The position numbers were made by a program, and so were the translations under genes. A model generated the notes under the pieces. It did no database searches. It had not been told where the DNA came from and saw only the letters and a program-made list of their open reading frames with translations. DNA of 64,000 nt from Pecten maximus (taxonomy: Eukaryota). The stretch is from the NCBI RefSeq assembly GCF_902652985.1, contig NC_047020.1:7254001-7318000 (forward strand), given 5' to 3'. Below are positions 9,665-23,383 of this stretch, in pieces (the first letter of the stretch is position 1; each line of letters begins with the position of its first letter).

Positions 9665-9790
9665 AGCCGCCATATTGTTTACGTATCGCTAGGGCACACT
9701 GCGACAGTATGCATGATTTGATTGGTCGATACGAAATTGATAGAACTTCGCCCATTGGTCGACCAATCATTGTACTTCATTTTGGACCAG
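9665..9790 (-). promoter_or_regulatory. Putative internal promoter of the TIR element (YY1-type site plus CCAAT boxes)
   Basis: gccgccatatt at ~9666-9676 with gattggtc, cattggtc and gaccaatc within 9719-9770. Orientation points toward the SGNH gene. Confidence 0.4.
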
Positions 9791-10174
9791 TCGAAAAAAT
9801 TACTTCGGTAGGTGAATTTCTTGTTGGAAACCGCTTCATTTTTTGCACTTAAGTGCAAATAATTTTTTTGACACTTAAGTGCAAATCTTTTGCACTTAAG
9901 TGTAAAAAGAACATAATGGCCATTTGGCTTTTTTTGCACTTAAGTAGTGTCTGTATTTTATCCTAAAACGGCCGCCCATATTAGGCTACAGCCTCTTACA
10001 CTTTTATTGAATTTGGGTACAGTGTGTTATACTTTGATTGAATTACTCTGCCTTAATGAAGATTATCTTCACTTGCTAAAATCTGAAGGTTTAGAATAGT
10101 AAGGCTCACCTTTTAACATCTTCACTGAAATTTTAAACTTTAATTTCCATCTTTTTATTGTAGTGTATCTTATT

Positions 10175-10979
10175 ATGGCTGAGTGCCAGTTGCCAACCCG
10201 ACCCCAGGGCCGAGAACGACCTGCCCGCCCACCTCCACCTGGTTGTAATCTTAGTCAGCAAACTTTCAGAACATTTCAAAAGTATCATGACAAGGCATAC
10301 CAGAACATAGAGCAGGGCTTGTCTTTAGACGAGCAAGGGCAGGTTGATGCTGCTATGAAGGCATATGAAGATGGTTTAAAAAATCTAGCACAAGGTCTGG
10401 AAATGAATGCGGAGAAGATTTGTGAAAAGGATGAGGATAAGGACACAGCTAAACAAATGCAGCAAAAAATGACAAAGACAAAATTACAGATAACATACAG
10501 ACTACAAACACTTCAGACTCAAATGATGTCGGAGATGAACAGCCATACAAACGGTCACAGTTCCTTGGAGACTGCCATGGATATGGACTCTCCGCCATCA
10601 TATGACCAAGCCATGTCTATGGCTAGTTCAGGCATCAGTGATGAGGCATTTGTTTCTATCGGTGACAGTATCATGGATGATTCACAGAGTGGATTAGACT
10701 CGTTGGAATCAAATGCAACTGAAATATTGTCAATTTCTGATGATGTCCAAATATTTTATATTTCCCCTGAGGGATATGTGAGTGCTCCATCTTACCCCTC
10801 TGCTCTAAGAATTGCCAAGTTTAATGAAAGCTTGACAAGTGAGGCGAGTAATTCACAGCGACCACCTGCTTTCCTTCAGGTACATGATTGGTACTACCCC
10901 TTAGTTCCCGGGACATCGCCTGCCCTGAGGGCTACAAATGGGGCCTACATCTTTCCTGATCTGTCGTCACAGCAGCAAG
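10175..10979 (+). CDS. SPART: Spartin (SPG20) coding exon 1: MIT domain, PPxY motif
   Basis: Acceptor at 10163/10164 and ATG at 10175. MIT-like helices, DSPPSY, VSAPSYP and RPPAFLQVHDWYYPL as in spartin. Donor after 10979. Confidence 0.92.
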
Positions 10980-11376
10980 GTACTCAAGATGTTTCATAAC
11001 AAAACCATAGATATTGGTGTTCAGGATAAATGCTGGAAATAAACAATCAGGAGAAATAATGAAGTCATTTTGAGAATGTACAGTGTATTGTATTTAAGTT
11101 AATTCTGACATCTGTGACCTTTATATTAAGACTGAAGTGTACTATAACATATAGTGTATACATACTGATGATAAATGCAGGGTAGACTTTTTGTTTTGCT
11201 TGTTTAATTGTTGTTTCTGTTTAGCTAGTTTACATTGTCAATATCAAAATCACTCAATTAATAGTTATTGTGTTGCACATATTTTTATCACAATCTTTTG
11301 ATTGTTAATATTTAAAACTAAGACATATTGTTACAAGTTGTACTTCACAAGTTAACTATGGTTTGATTTTGTGCAG

Positions 11377-11703
11377 GTGGAGCTGTGGGGCTTATGCTAC
11401 CAGAGAACATTTCTAGTGATGAGAGACAAAACTTTGAGAGAACACTGAGATCATTCACTGTACTCCAGGACCAACAGCCGTCCCCAGTTACTCCGTCCGC
11501 CCCACCACTGGCTGCTACAGGGGACAGTCATACTGGATGGTCATCAGAGGCTACAGCAGGAGAGAGGGAACAAACTAAGGGATCACAGGACAAAGTTGTG
11601 GGGGGCATCACCGACCAGGACAAGACATCAACAAGGACAGCTTCAGAGCAAGTAGCAGGGGAGACAACTACGACCGAGAAAATTACCAAAGGAATTAGTG
11701 TCG
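11377..11703 (+). CDS. SPART: Spartin coding exon 2
   Basis: gtgcag| ... G|GTAAGT, phase 1-1, GAVGLMLP. Confidence 0.88.
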
Positions 11704-12099
11704 GTAAGTAAATATGACAAGAAATACTTGTATATTTTGTTTGTGAGATTTTTTTCTTGAAGTTCATTACCTCCAATTTCAGTATCATTTTCAAGTAACT
11801 TCATCCTCTAAACTTAACCACAGCCTTATATATATTTAATAATATGATGATATAAGTCTATGCCTTAACAGAACTTGTTTTCTCAACCAATACAAGTTTA
11901 TATTTGTCTTACATGGAAAGAAGCTATAGATATTTTGTGATATTGTGGCCTAGATATGTAAGAATACATGGGGAATAATTCATTTATTATGTGTCATTAA
12001 TTTTCATTGAAGTTGTAGGTTTTTTTATACTTAAAGCATGAAAAATATATCTCTATACAGCAATGTTAAAGAAGAACTGTTTTCTTAATTTATTGGCAG

Positions 12100-12294
12100 C
12101 TGCTGATTGGATTTCTTGGGGAGTTGGAAAGGGTGCTGAGAAGACAAGTAATTTGATCAGATTTGGATCAGAAAAAGTGAGAGAGAAGCTGAAGCCAGAG
12201 GAAAAAGCTAGAGATATAGATCCTAGAATACAGACAGGGGCACGCTATGCCAGGTCAGGGGCCAATGTTGCTATCAAAGTTAGCTCATTTATAG
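12100..12294 (+). CDS. SPART: Spartin coding exon 3 (start of senescence domain)
   Basis: AADWISWGVGKGAEKT; ggcag| ... G|GTAAGT. Confidence 0.9.
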
Positions 12295-12718
12295 GTAAGT
12301 CAAGGTCAGTCGGATATAAATAAGTATGACAGAATTTGATCTTTATCTCTTCACCGTAGACCTACAACAAGATATACTGGTGAGTTTGTCCATCTCTAAG
12401 ACATGAGTTGGGTACTGGTTTAAATTTGAGATTTTTAAGTTAAACCTTTGCTACTGTCCCTACATTTGTAGTGGTTCCATCATTGAAGAAATGATCATTA
12501 GAGTGCTAGGGTCAAGGTTTTCATTAGAGTGCTAGGGTCAAGGTTTTTACCAAATTAACCTCATCTCACTTGGTAGTTTACAGATTCTTACCACAATATT
12601 CTTCACTTCCATTATGCATTAATCAACCATATGGTTACATCCAACAAGTTCATATCTCAGACCAAGGTTACTACAGCCCATTATTTGTAGAAACTCTAGA
12701 TCTTTTGATACATCCTGT

Positions 12719-12980
12719 ACTCTGGATGTGTATGTACTGTTGTCACGGGGTATGCCCTCTAACATACTGTTATAAAAACTCTGGATGTGTATGTACTGTT
12801 GTCACGGGGTATGCCCTCTAACATACTGTTATAAAAACTCTGGATGTGTATGTACTGTTGTCACGGGGTATGCCCTCTAACATACTGTTATAAAAACTCT
12901 GGATGTGTATGTACTGTTGTCACGGGGTATGCCCTCTAACATACTGTTGTCACGGGGTATGCCCTCTAACATACTGTTGT
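12719..12980. repeat. 59-bp tandem repeat, ~4 copies
   Basis: Unit actctggatgtgtatgtactgttgtcacggggtatgccctctaacatactgttataaaa. Confidence 0.9.
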
Positions 12981-13067
12981 GAGATTTCTATGTTTATGGT
13001 ACCTCGTGATAAACATTATCCATTACATCACATTGTCAACAAATGTATGTGTGTTTTGTCTCCATAG

Positions 13068-13229
13068 TAACCAAGCTGGGGGAGGCTACTGTGGCTGTTG
13101 CTAGAGAGGTAGCACCACACATCAGAAAACAGGGCCAGAAAGTCCTACCAAAATCTGTCACGCAAAAGTCTGCAGATGGCAAGTCAAAGGTTGATGATGT
13201 CATAGAGGTCGCTGCCACTGGAGTGAAGG
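13068..13229 (+). CDS. SPART: Spartin coding exon 4
   Basis: VTKLGEATVAVAREVAPHIRKQG; ccatag| ... G|GTACGA. Confidence 0.9.
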
Positions 13230-13312
13230 GTACGAAACTACATGTAATTCAATATCTAATGTCAGATTGGAAATGCGATGTAATGATTTGACATTTGAAT
13301 GTTTAGATGTAA

Positions 13313-15594
13313 GTATGGGAACTGTGTATGTACCTCTGTATGGGAACTGTGTATGTATCCTGTATGGGAACTGTGTATATATCCTGTATGGGAACTGTGT
13401 ATATATCCTGTATGGGAACTGTGTATATATCCTGTATGGGAACTGTGTATATATCCTGTATGGGAACTGTGTATATATCCTGTATGGGAACTGTGTATAT
13501 ATCCTGTATGGGAACTGTGTATATATCCTGTATGGGAATTGTGTATGTATCCTGTATGGGAATTGTGTATATATCCTGTATGGGAACTGTGTATATATCC
13601 TGTATGGGAACTGTGTATATATCCTGTATGGGAACTGTGTATGTACCCTGTATGGGAATTGTGTATGTACCCTGTATGGGAATTGTGTATGTATCCTGTA
13701 TGGGAACTGTGTATATATCCTGTATGGGAACTGTGTATATATCCTGTATGGGAACTGTGTATGTACCCTGTATGGGAATTGTGTATGTATCCTGTATGGG
13801 AACTGTGTGTATATCCTGTATGGGAACTGTGTATGTATCCTGTATGGGAACTGTGTATGTATCCTGTATGGGAACTGTGTATGTATCCTGTATGGGAACT
13901 GTGTGTATATCCTGTATGGGAACTGTGTATGTATCCTGTATGGGAACTGTGTATATATCCTGTATGGGAACTGTGTATGTACCCTGTATGGGAATTGTGT
14001 ATGTATCCTGTATGGGAACTGTGTGTATATCCTGTATGGGAACTGTGTATGTATCCTGTATGGGAACTGTGTATGTATCCTGTATGAGAACTGTGTGTAT
14101 ATCCTGTATGGGAACTGTGTATGTATCCTGTATGGGAACTGTGTATGTATCCTGTATGGGAATTGTGTATGTATCCTGTATGGGAACTGTATGTACCCCT
14201 GTATGGGAACTGTGTATGTACCCCTGTATGGGAACTGTGTATGTATCCTGTATGGGAACTGTGTATGTATCCTGTATGGGAACTGTGTATGTATCCTGTA
14301 TGGGAACTGTGTATGTATCCTGTATGGGAACTGTGTATGTATCCTGTATCGGAACTGTGTATGTATCCTGTATTGGAACTGTGTATGTACCCTATATGTG
14401 AACTGTGTATGTATCCTGTATGGGAACTGTGTATGTATCCTGTATGGGAACTGTGTATGGGAACTGTGTATGGGAACTGTGTATGGGAACTGTGTATGTA
14501 TCCTGTATGGGAACTGTGTATGTATCCCTGTATGGGAACTGTGTATGTACCCTGTATGGGAACAGTGTATGTACCCTGTATGGGAACTGTGTATGTACCC
14601 TGTATGGGAACTGTGTATGTATCCTGTATGGGAACTGTGTATGTATCCCTGTATGGGAACTGTGTATGTATCCTGTATGGGAACTGTGTATGTACCTCTG
14701 TATAGGAACTGTGTATGTATCCTGTATGGGAACTGTGTATGTATCCTGTATGGGAACTGTGTATGTGTCCCTGTATGGGAACTGTGTATGTATCCCTGTA
14801 TAGGAACTGTGTATGTACCTCTGTATAGGAACTGTGTATGTATCCTGTATGGGAACTGTGTATGTATCCTGTATGGGAACAGTGTATGTACCCTGTATGG
14901 GAATTGTGTATGTGTCCTGTATGGGAACTGTGTATGTATCCTGTATGGGAACTGTGTATGTATCCTGTATGGGAACTGTGTATGTATCCTGTATGAGAAC
15001 TGTGTACGTATCCTGTATGGGAACTGTGTATGTATCCTGTATGGGAACTGTGTGTGTATCCCTGTATGGGAACTGTGTATGTATCCCTGTATGGGAACTG
15101 TGTATATATCCTGTATGGGAACTGTGTATGTATCCTGTATGGGAACTGTGTATGTACCCTGTATGGAAACTGTGTATGTATCCTGTATGGGAACTGTGTA
15201 TGTATCCTGTATTGGAACTGTGTATGTATCCTGTATGGGAACTGTGTATGTATCCTGTATTGGAACTGTGTATGTATCCTGTATGGGAACTGTGTATGTA
15301 TCCTGTATGGGAACTGTGTATGTATCCTGTATTGGAACTGTGTATGTATCCTGTATTGGAACTGTGTATATATCCTGTATTGGAACTGTGTATGTATCCT
15401 GTATGGGAACTGTGTATATATCCTGTATGGGAACTGTGTATGTATCCTGTATGGGAACTGTGTATGTACCCTGTATGGGAACTGTGTATGTATCCCTGTA
15501 TGGGAACTGTGTATGTATCCCTGTATGGGAACTGTGTATGTATCCTGTATGGGAACAGTGTATGTATCCTGTATGGGAACTGTGTATATGTACC
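13313..15594. repeat. 24-bp minisatellite (~95 copies) filling a spartin intron
   Basis: Unit CTGTATGGGAACTGTGTATGTATC. Confidence 0.97.
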
Positions 15595-15609
15595 TTTTAA
15601 TTGTTGTAG

Positions 15610-15700
15610 GTTTTGGAACTGTGTATGTATCTTTAGAATCGGCTGCAAAGGTATTGGCCAAAAATATCGCTCAAGAAACTGTCCGAACTGTGGACCACAA
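15610..15700 (+). CDS. SPART: Spartin coding exon 5
   Basis: GFGTVYVSLESAAKVLAKNIAQETVRTVDHK; ttgtag| ... AA|GTAAGT. Confidence 0.9.
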
Positions 15701-16210
15701 GTAAGTAGTGCTGAAATGCTGATTTCTTAGAAAGTAAACTTATTGATATACTATAGGAATGCATAATCGGTTGATGGGTTTCTGTAAAAGGAAAATAATA
15801 TTAGCAGATTTCAATTGAAATACTCTATGGGAAAAATTGTTTCCAAATAAACATACCATATTATTAGTGATGAAAAAACTGTGTTATTTACACAACATTA
15901 TAAAATTTCCTTAGAATTTGTTATTGAAGAAAATAACTATTTAGAATATTTCAATTTTTATTTCTGATGTGAAAAAATCTGCCATTTTCAAAAGTCAGGC
16001 CTTGTTTTTATAAGAATGTGCTCATTATAATACCACAGACATGCAATGTTATAAAGAACTAGAACATGCTTTAGCATAAATAGATTCTGTCAGATACATG
16101 ATGAAATAGGGTAAAAAATTCAATGATGATGATGTGAGATGTGAAAATAGTTTGTAGAATTGGACGATGTGATAAAGATGAGATAATTTTGATATAAACT
16201 TATTGTCCAG

Positions 16211-16397
16211 GTATGGACCGAACGCCAGCCAGCTGACAGAGAACACCTTGTACACGGTGGGAAATGTTGCTATGACAGCTTATAATGTAGACCAGCTCGG
16301 GATCAAGGCCCTCGCCAAGCGTGCTGCCAAGGCGACGGGGAAGGAGGTGGTCAAGGATTTCTGTACTACACGATCTAACAACAGCACACGTCAATAA
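16211..16397 (+). CDS. SPART: Spartin last coding exon
   Basis: KYGPNA...LGIKALAKRAAKATG...stop. The six exons total 1767 nt, giving 588 aa with consistent phases. Confidence 0.9.
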
Positions 16398-16676
16398 ATC
16401 TCCCACCTTTAGGCTACAGATCTGTAAAAGGAACTTCCTACATATATCTCTGTTCATCAGGGCTGTTGTGTAATCACAAGAAATATTTACTAAAAGGTTG
16501 ATGCCCAGATTCCACTAATGGAACTAACAAGTTGGCAGTCATGACTCCTTAAGGATCTACAGTCCATCTTATGATAGATATGATTATAAGGTTCTTTTCT
16601 CCATAGAAAGAAGTCTGTGGCTTATAGTTCTACTTACCAGGGTTATCATGTTACATATATATACCGTCATACTATC

Positions 16677-19600
16677 AATGTCTGGCATTAGTGACATTAC
16701 TGGACGTGTAACCTACAATAATTAATGTCTGACATTAGTGACATGACTGGACATGTAACATACAATAATTAATGTCTGGCATTAGTGACATTACTGGACA
16801 TGTAACATACAATAATTAATGTCTGGCATTAGTACCTGACATTACTGGACGTGTAACATACAATAATTCATGTCTGGCATTAGTACATGACATTACTGGA
16901 CATGTAACATACAATAATTAATGTCTGGTATTAGTGACATTACTGGACATGTAACATACAATAATTAATGTCTGGCATTAGTGACATTACTGGACATGTA
17001 ACATACAATAATTAATGTCTGGTATTAGTGACATTACTGGACATGTAACATACAATAATTAATGTCTGGTATTAGTACATGACATTACTGGACGTGTAAC
17101 ATACAATAATTAATGTCTGACATTAGTGACATTACTGGACATGTAACATACAATAATTAATGTCTGGTATTAGTACATGACATTACTGGACATGTAACAT
17201 ACAATAATTAATGTCTGGTATTAGTGACATTACTGGACATGTAACATACAATAATTAGTGTCTGGTATTAGTACACGACATTACTGGACATGTAACATAC
17301 AATAATTAATGTCTGGTATTAGTACACGACATTACTGGACATGTAACATACAATAATTAATGTCTGGTATTAGTACATGACATTACTGGACGTGTAACAT
17401 ACAATAATTAATGTCTGGCATTAGTACATGACATTACTGGACATGTAACATACAATAAGTAATGTCTGGCATTAGTACATGACATTACTGGACATGTAAC
17501 ATACAATAATTAATGTCTGGCATTAGTACACGACATTACTGGACGTGTAACATACAATAATTAATGTCTGGCATTAGTACATGACATTACTGGACATGTA
17601 ACATACAATAAGTAATGTCTGGCATTAGTACATGACATTACTGGACATGTAACATACAATAATTAATGTCTGGCATTAGTACATGACATTACTGGACGTG
17701 TAACATACAATAATTAATGTCTGGCATTAGTGACATTACTGGACATGTAACATACAATAATTAATGTCTGGTATTTGTACACGACATTACTGGACATGTA
17801 ACATACAATAATTAATGTCTGGTATTAGTACACGACATTACTGGACATGTAACATACAATAATTAATGTCTGGTATTAGTGACATTACTGGACATGTAAC
17901 ATACAATAATTAATGTCTGGTATTAGTACACGACATTACTGGACATGTAACATACAATAATTAATGTCTGGTATTAGTGACATTACTGGACATGTAACAT
18001 ACAATAATTAATGTCTGGCATTAGTACACGACATTACTGGACATGTAACATACAATAATTAATGTCTGGTATTAGTGACATTACTGGACGTGTAACATAC
18101 AATAATTAATGTCTGGTATTAGTGACATTACTGGACATGTAACATACAATGATTAATGTCTGGCATTAGTGACATTACTGGACATGTAACATACAATAAT
18201 TAATGTCTGGTATTAGTGACATTACTGGACATGTAACATACAATAATTAATGTCTGGCATTAGTGACATTACTGGACATGTAACATACAATAATTAATGT
18301 CTGGTATTAGTGACATTACTGGACATGTAACATACAATAATTAATGTCTGGTATTAGTACATGACATTACTGGACGTGTAACATACAATAATTAATGTCT
18401 GACATTAGTGACATTACTGGACATGTAACATACAATAATTAATGTCTGGTATTAGTACATGACATTACTGGACATGTAACATACAATAATTAATGTCTGG
18501 TATTAGTGACATTACTGGACATGTAACATACAATAATTAGTGTCTGGTATTAGTACACGACATTACTGGACATGTAACATACAATAATTAATGTCTGGTA
18601 TTAGTACACGACATTACTGGACATGTAACATACAATAATTAATGTCTGGTATTAGTACATGACATTACTGGACGTGTAACATACAATAATTAATGTCTGG
18701 CATTAGTACATGACATTACTGGACATGTAACATACAATAAGTAATGTCTGGCATTAGTACATGACATTACTGGACATGTAACATACAATAATTAATGTCT
18801 GGCATTAGTACACGACATTACTGGACGTGTAACATACAATAATTAATGTCTGGCATTAGTACATGACATTACTGGACATGTAACATACAATAAGTAATGT
18901 CTGGCATTAGTACATGACATTACTGGACATGTAACATACAATAATTAATGTCTGGCATTAGTACATGACATTACTGGACGTGTAACATACAATAATTAAT
19001 GTCTGGCATTAGTGACATTACTGGACATGTAACATACAATAATTAATGTCTGGTATTTGTACACGACATTACTGGACATGTAACATACAATAATTAATGT
19101 CTGGTATTAGTACACGACATTACTGGACATGTAACATACAATAATTAATGTCTGGTATTAGTGACATTACTGGACATGTAACATACAATAATTAATGTCT
19201 GGTATTAGTACACGACATTACTGGACATGTAACATACAATAATTAATGTCTGGTATTAGTGACATTACTGGACATGTAACATACAATAATTAATGTCTGG
19301 CATTAGTACACGACATTACTGGACATGTAACATACAATAATTAATGTCTGGTATTAGTGACATTACTGGACGTGTAACATACAATAATTAATGTCTGGTA
19401 TTAGTGACATTACTGGACATGTAACATACAATGATTAATGTCTGGCATTAGTGACATTACTGGACGTGTAACATACAATAATTAATGTCTGGTATTAGTA
19501 CACGACATTACTGGACGTGTAACATACAATAATTAATGTCTGGTATTAGTACATGACATTACTGGACATGTAACATACAATAATTAATGTCTGGTATTAG

Positions 19601-22600
19601 TACACGACATTACTGGACGTGTAACATACAATAATTAATGTCTGGTATTAGTACACGACATTACTGGACGTGTAACATACAATAATTAATGTCTGACATT
19701 AGTGACATTACTGGACGTGTAACATACAATAATTAATGTCTGACATTAGTACATGACATTACTGGACGTGTAACATACAATAATTAATGTCTGGCATTAG
19801 TACACGACATTACTGGACGTGTAACATACAATAATTAATGTCTGGTATTAGTGACATTACTGGACATGTAACATACAATAATTAATGTCTGGTATTAGTA
19901 CACGACATTACTGGACGTGTAACATACAATAATTAATGTCTGGTATTAGTACACGACATTACTGGACGTGTAACATACAATAATTAATGTCTGACATTAG
20001 TGACATTACTGGACATGTAACATACAATAATTAATGTCTGGCATTAGTACACGACATTACTGGACGTGTAACATACAATAATTAATGTCTGGTATTAGTA
20101 CATGACATTACTGGACGTGTAACATACAATAATTAATGTCTGGTATTATGACATTACTGGACGTGTAACATACAATAATTAATGTCTGGCATTAGTGACA
20201 TTACTGGACATGTAACATACAATAATTAATGTCTGGTATTAGTGACATTACTGGACATGTAACATACAATAATTAATGTCTGGTATTAGTACATGACATT
20301 ACTGGACGTGTAACATACAATAATTAATGTCTGGCATTAGTGACATTACTGGACGTGTAACATACAATAATTAATGTCTGGTATTAGTGACATTACTGGA
20401 CGTGTAACATACAATAATTAATGTCTGGTATTAGTGACATTACTGGACATGTAACATACAATAATTAATGTCTGGTATTAGTGACATTACTGGACGTGTA
20501 ACATACAATAATTAATGTCTGGCATTAGTACATGACATTACTGGACATGTAACATATACAATAATTAATGTCTGGTATTAGTACATGACATTACTGGACA
20601 TGTAACATACAATAATTAATGTCTGGCATTAGTACACGACATTACTGGACATGTAACATACAATAATTAATGTCTGGCATTAGTACACAACATTACTGGA
20701 CATGTAACATATACAATAATTAATGTCTGGTATTAGTGACATTACTGGACGTGTAACATACAATAATTAATGTCTGGCATTAGTACATGACATTACTGGA
20801 CATGTAACATATACAATAATTAATGTCTGGCATTAGTACACGACATTACTGGACGTGTAACATACGATAATTAATGTCTGGTATTAGTACATGACATTAC
20901 TGTACATGTAACATACAATAATTAATGTCTGGTATTAGTACATGACATTACTGGACATGTAACATACAATAATTAATGTCTGGCATTAGTACATGACATT
21001 ACTGGACATGTAACATACAATAATTAATGTCTGGTATTAGTGACATTACTGGACATGTAACATACAATACTTAATGTCTGGTATTAGTACATGACATTAC
21101 TGGACATGTAACATACAATAATTAATGTCTGGCATTAGTGACATTACTGGACGTGTAACATACAATAATTAATGTCTGGCATTAGTGACATTACTGGACA
21201 TGTAACATACAATACTTAATGTCTGGTATTAGTACATGACATTACTGGACATGTAACATACAATAATTAATGTCTGGTATTAGTGACATTACTGGACATG
21301 TAACATACAATACTTAATGTCTGGTATTAGTACATGACATTACTGGACATGTAACATACAATAATTAATGTCTGGTATTAGTACATGACATTACTGGACG
21401 TGTAACAAACAATAGTTAATGTCTGGCATTAGTGACATTACTGGACGTGTAACATACAATAATTAATGTCTGGTATTAGTGACATTACTGGACATGTAAC
21501 ATACAATAATTAATGTCTGGCATTAGTACATGACATTACTGGACATGTAACATACAATAATTAATGTCTGGCATTAGTACATGACATTACTGGACATGTA
21601 ACATACAATAATTAATGTCTGGCATTAGTGACATTACTGGACGTGTAACATACAATAATTAATGTCTGGTATTAGTACACGACATTACTGGACATGTAAC
21701 ATACAATAATTAATGTCTGGTATTAGTACATGACATTACTGGACGTGTAACATACAATAATTAATGTCTGGCATTAGTACATGACATTACTGGACGTGTA
21801 ACATACAATAATTAATGTCTGGCATTAGTACATGACATTACTGGACGTGTAACATACAATAATTAATGTCTGGCATTAGTGACATTACTGGACATGTAAC
21901 ATACAATAATTAATGTCTGGCATTAGTGACATTACTGGACATGTAACATACAATAATTAATGTCTGGCATTAGTGACATTACTGGACATGTAACATACAA
22001 TAATTAATGTCTGGTATTAGTGACATTACTGGACATGTAACATACAATAATTAATGTCTGGTATTAGTGACATTACTGGACGTGTAACATACAATAATCA
22101 ATGTCTGGCATTAGTGACATTACTGGACATGTAACATACAATAATTAATGTCTGGTATTAGTGACATTACTGGACGTGTAACATACAATAATTAATGTCT
22201 GGCATTAGTGACATTACTGGACATGTAACATACAATAATTAATGTCTGGCATTAGTACACGACATTACTGGACGTGTAACATACAATAATTAATGTCTGG
22301 CATTAGTACATGACATTACTGGACATGTAACATACAATAATTAATGTCTGGCATTAGTACATGACATTACTGGACATGTAACATACAATAATTAATGTCT
22401 GACATTAGTACATGACATGACTGGACGTGTAACATACAATAATTAATGTCTGGCATTAGTGACATTACTGGACATGTAACATACAATAATTAATGTCTGG
22501 CATTAGTACATGACATTACTGGACATGTAACATACAATAATTAATGTCTGGCATTAGTGACATTACTGGACATGTAACATACAATAATTAATGTCTGGTA

Positions 22601-23383
22601 TTAGTGACATTACTGGACATGTAACATACAATAATTAATGTCTGGTATTAGTGACATTACTGGACATGTAACATACAATAATTAATGTCTGGTATTAGTG
22701 ACATTACTGGACGTGTAACATACAATAATTAATGTCTGGTATTAGTACACGACATTACTGGACATGTAACATACAATAATTAATGTCTGGTATTAGTGAC
22801 ATTACTGGACGTGTAACATACAATAATTAATGTCTGGTATTAGTGACATTACTGGACATGTAACATACAATAATTAATGTCTGGCATTAGTGACATTACT
22901 GGACGTGTAACATACAATAATTAATGTCTGGCATTAGTACACGACATTACTGGACATGTAACATACAATAATTAATGTCTGGTATTAGTGACATTACTGG
23001 ACGTGTAACATACAATAATTAATGTCTGGTATTAGTACATGACATTACTGGACATGTAACATACAATAATTAATGTCTGGTATTAGTACACGACATTACT
23101 GAACGTGTAACATACAATAATTAATGTCTGGTATTAGTACATGACATTACTGGACATGTAACATACAATAATTAATGTCTGGTATTAGTGACATTACTGG
23201 ACGTGTAACATACAATAATTAATGTCTGGTATTAGTACACGACATTACTGGACATGTAACATACAATAATTAATGTCTGGTATTAGTGACATTACTGGAC
23301 GTGTAACATACAATAATTAATGTCTGACATTAGTACACGACATTACTGGACGTGTAACATACAATAATTAATGTCTGGCATTA
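16677..23383. repeat. 6.7-kb satellite of 47/51-bp monomers with a 1282-bp higher-order duplication
   Basis: Unit AATGTCTGG(C/T)ATTAGT[ACAT/ACAC]GACATTACTGGAC(A/G)TGTAACATACAATAATT. Rare variants recur at +1282. Confidence 0.97.

Larger units (their letters stand above)
4756..9980. mobile_element. 5.2-kb TIR DNA element of unassigned superfamily carrying an SGNH hydrolase pseudogene
   Basis: Perfect 50-bp TIRs TATGGGCGGCCGTTTTAGGATAAAATACAGACACTACTTAAGTGCAAAAA (4756-4805, 9931-9980). TSD is TTAGGC (4750-55 / 9981-86), or ATTAGGCT (8 bp) if the ends are 4757/9979. It interrupts a degenerate ~31-bp host repeat that resumes on the other side. Confidence 0.9.

Noticed and set aside
13262-15730. 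Long ORFs (up to 799 aa) on both strands
   Set aside because: Translations of a stop-poor 24-bp minisatellite inside a GT-AG intron. The spartin exons join in frame without them.
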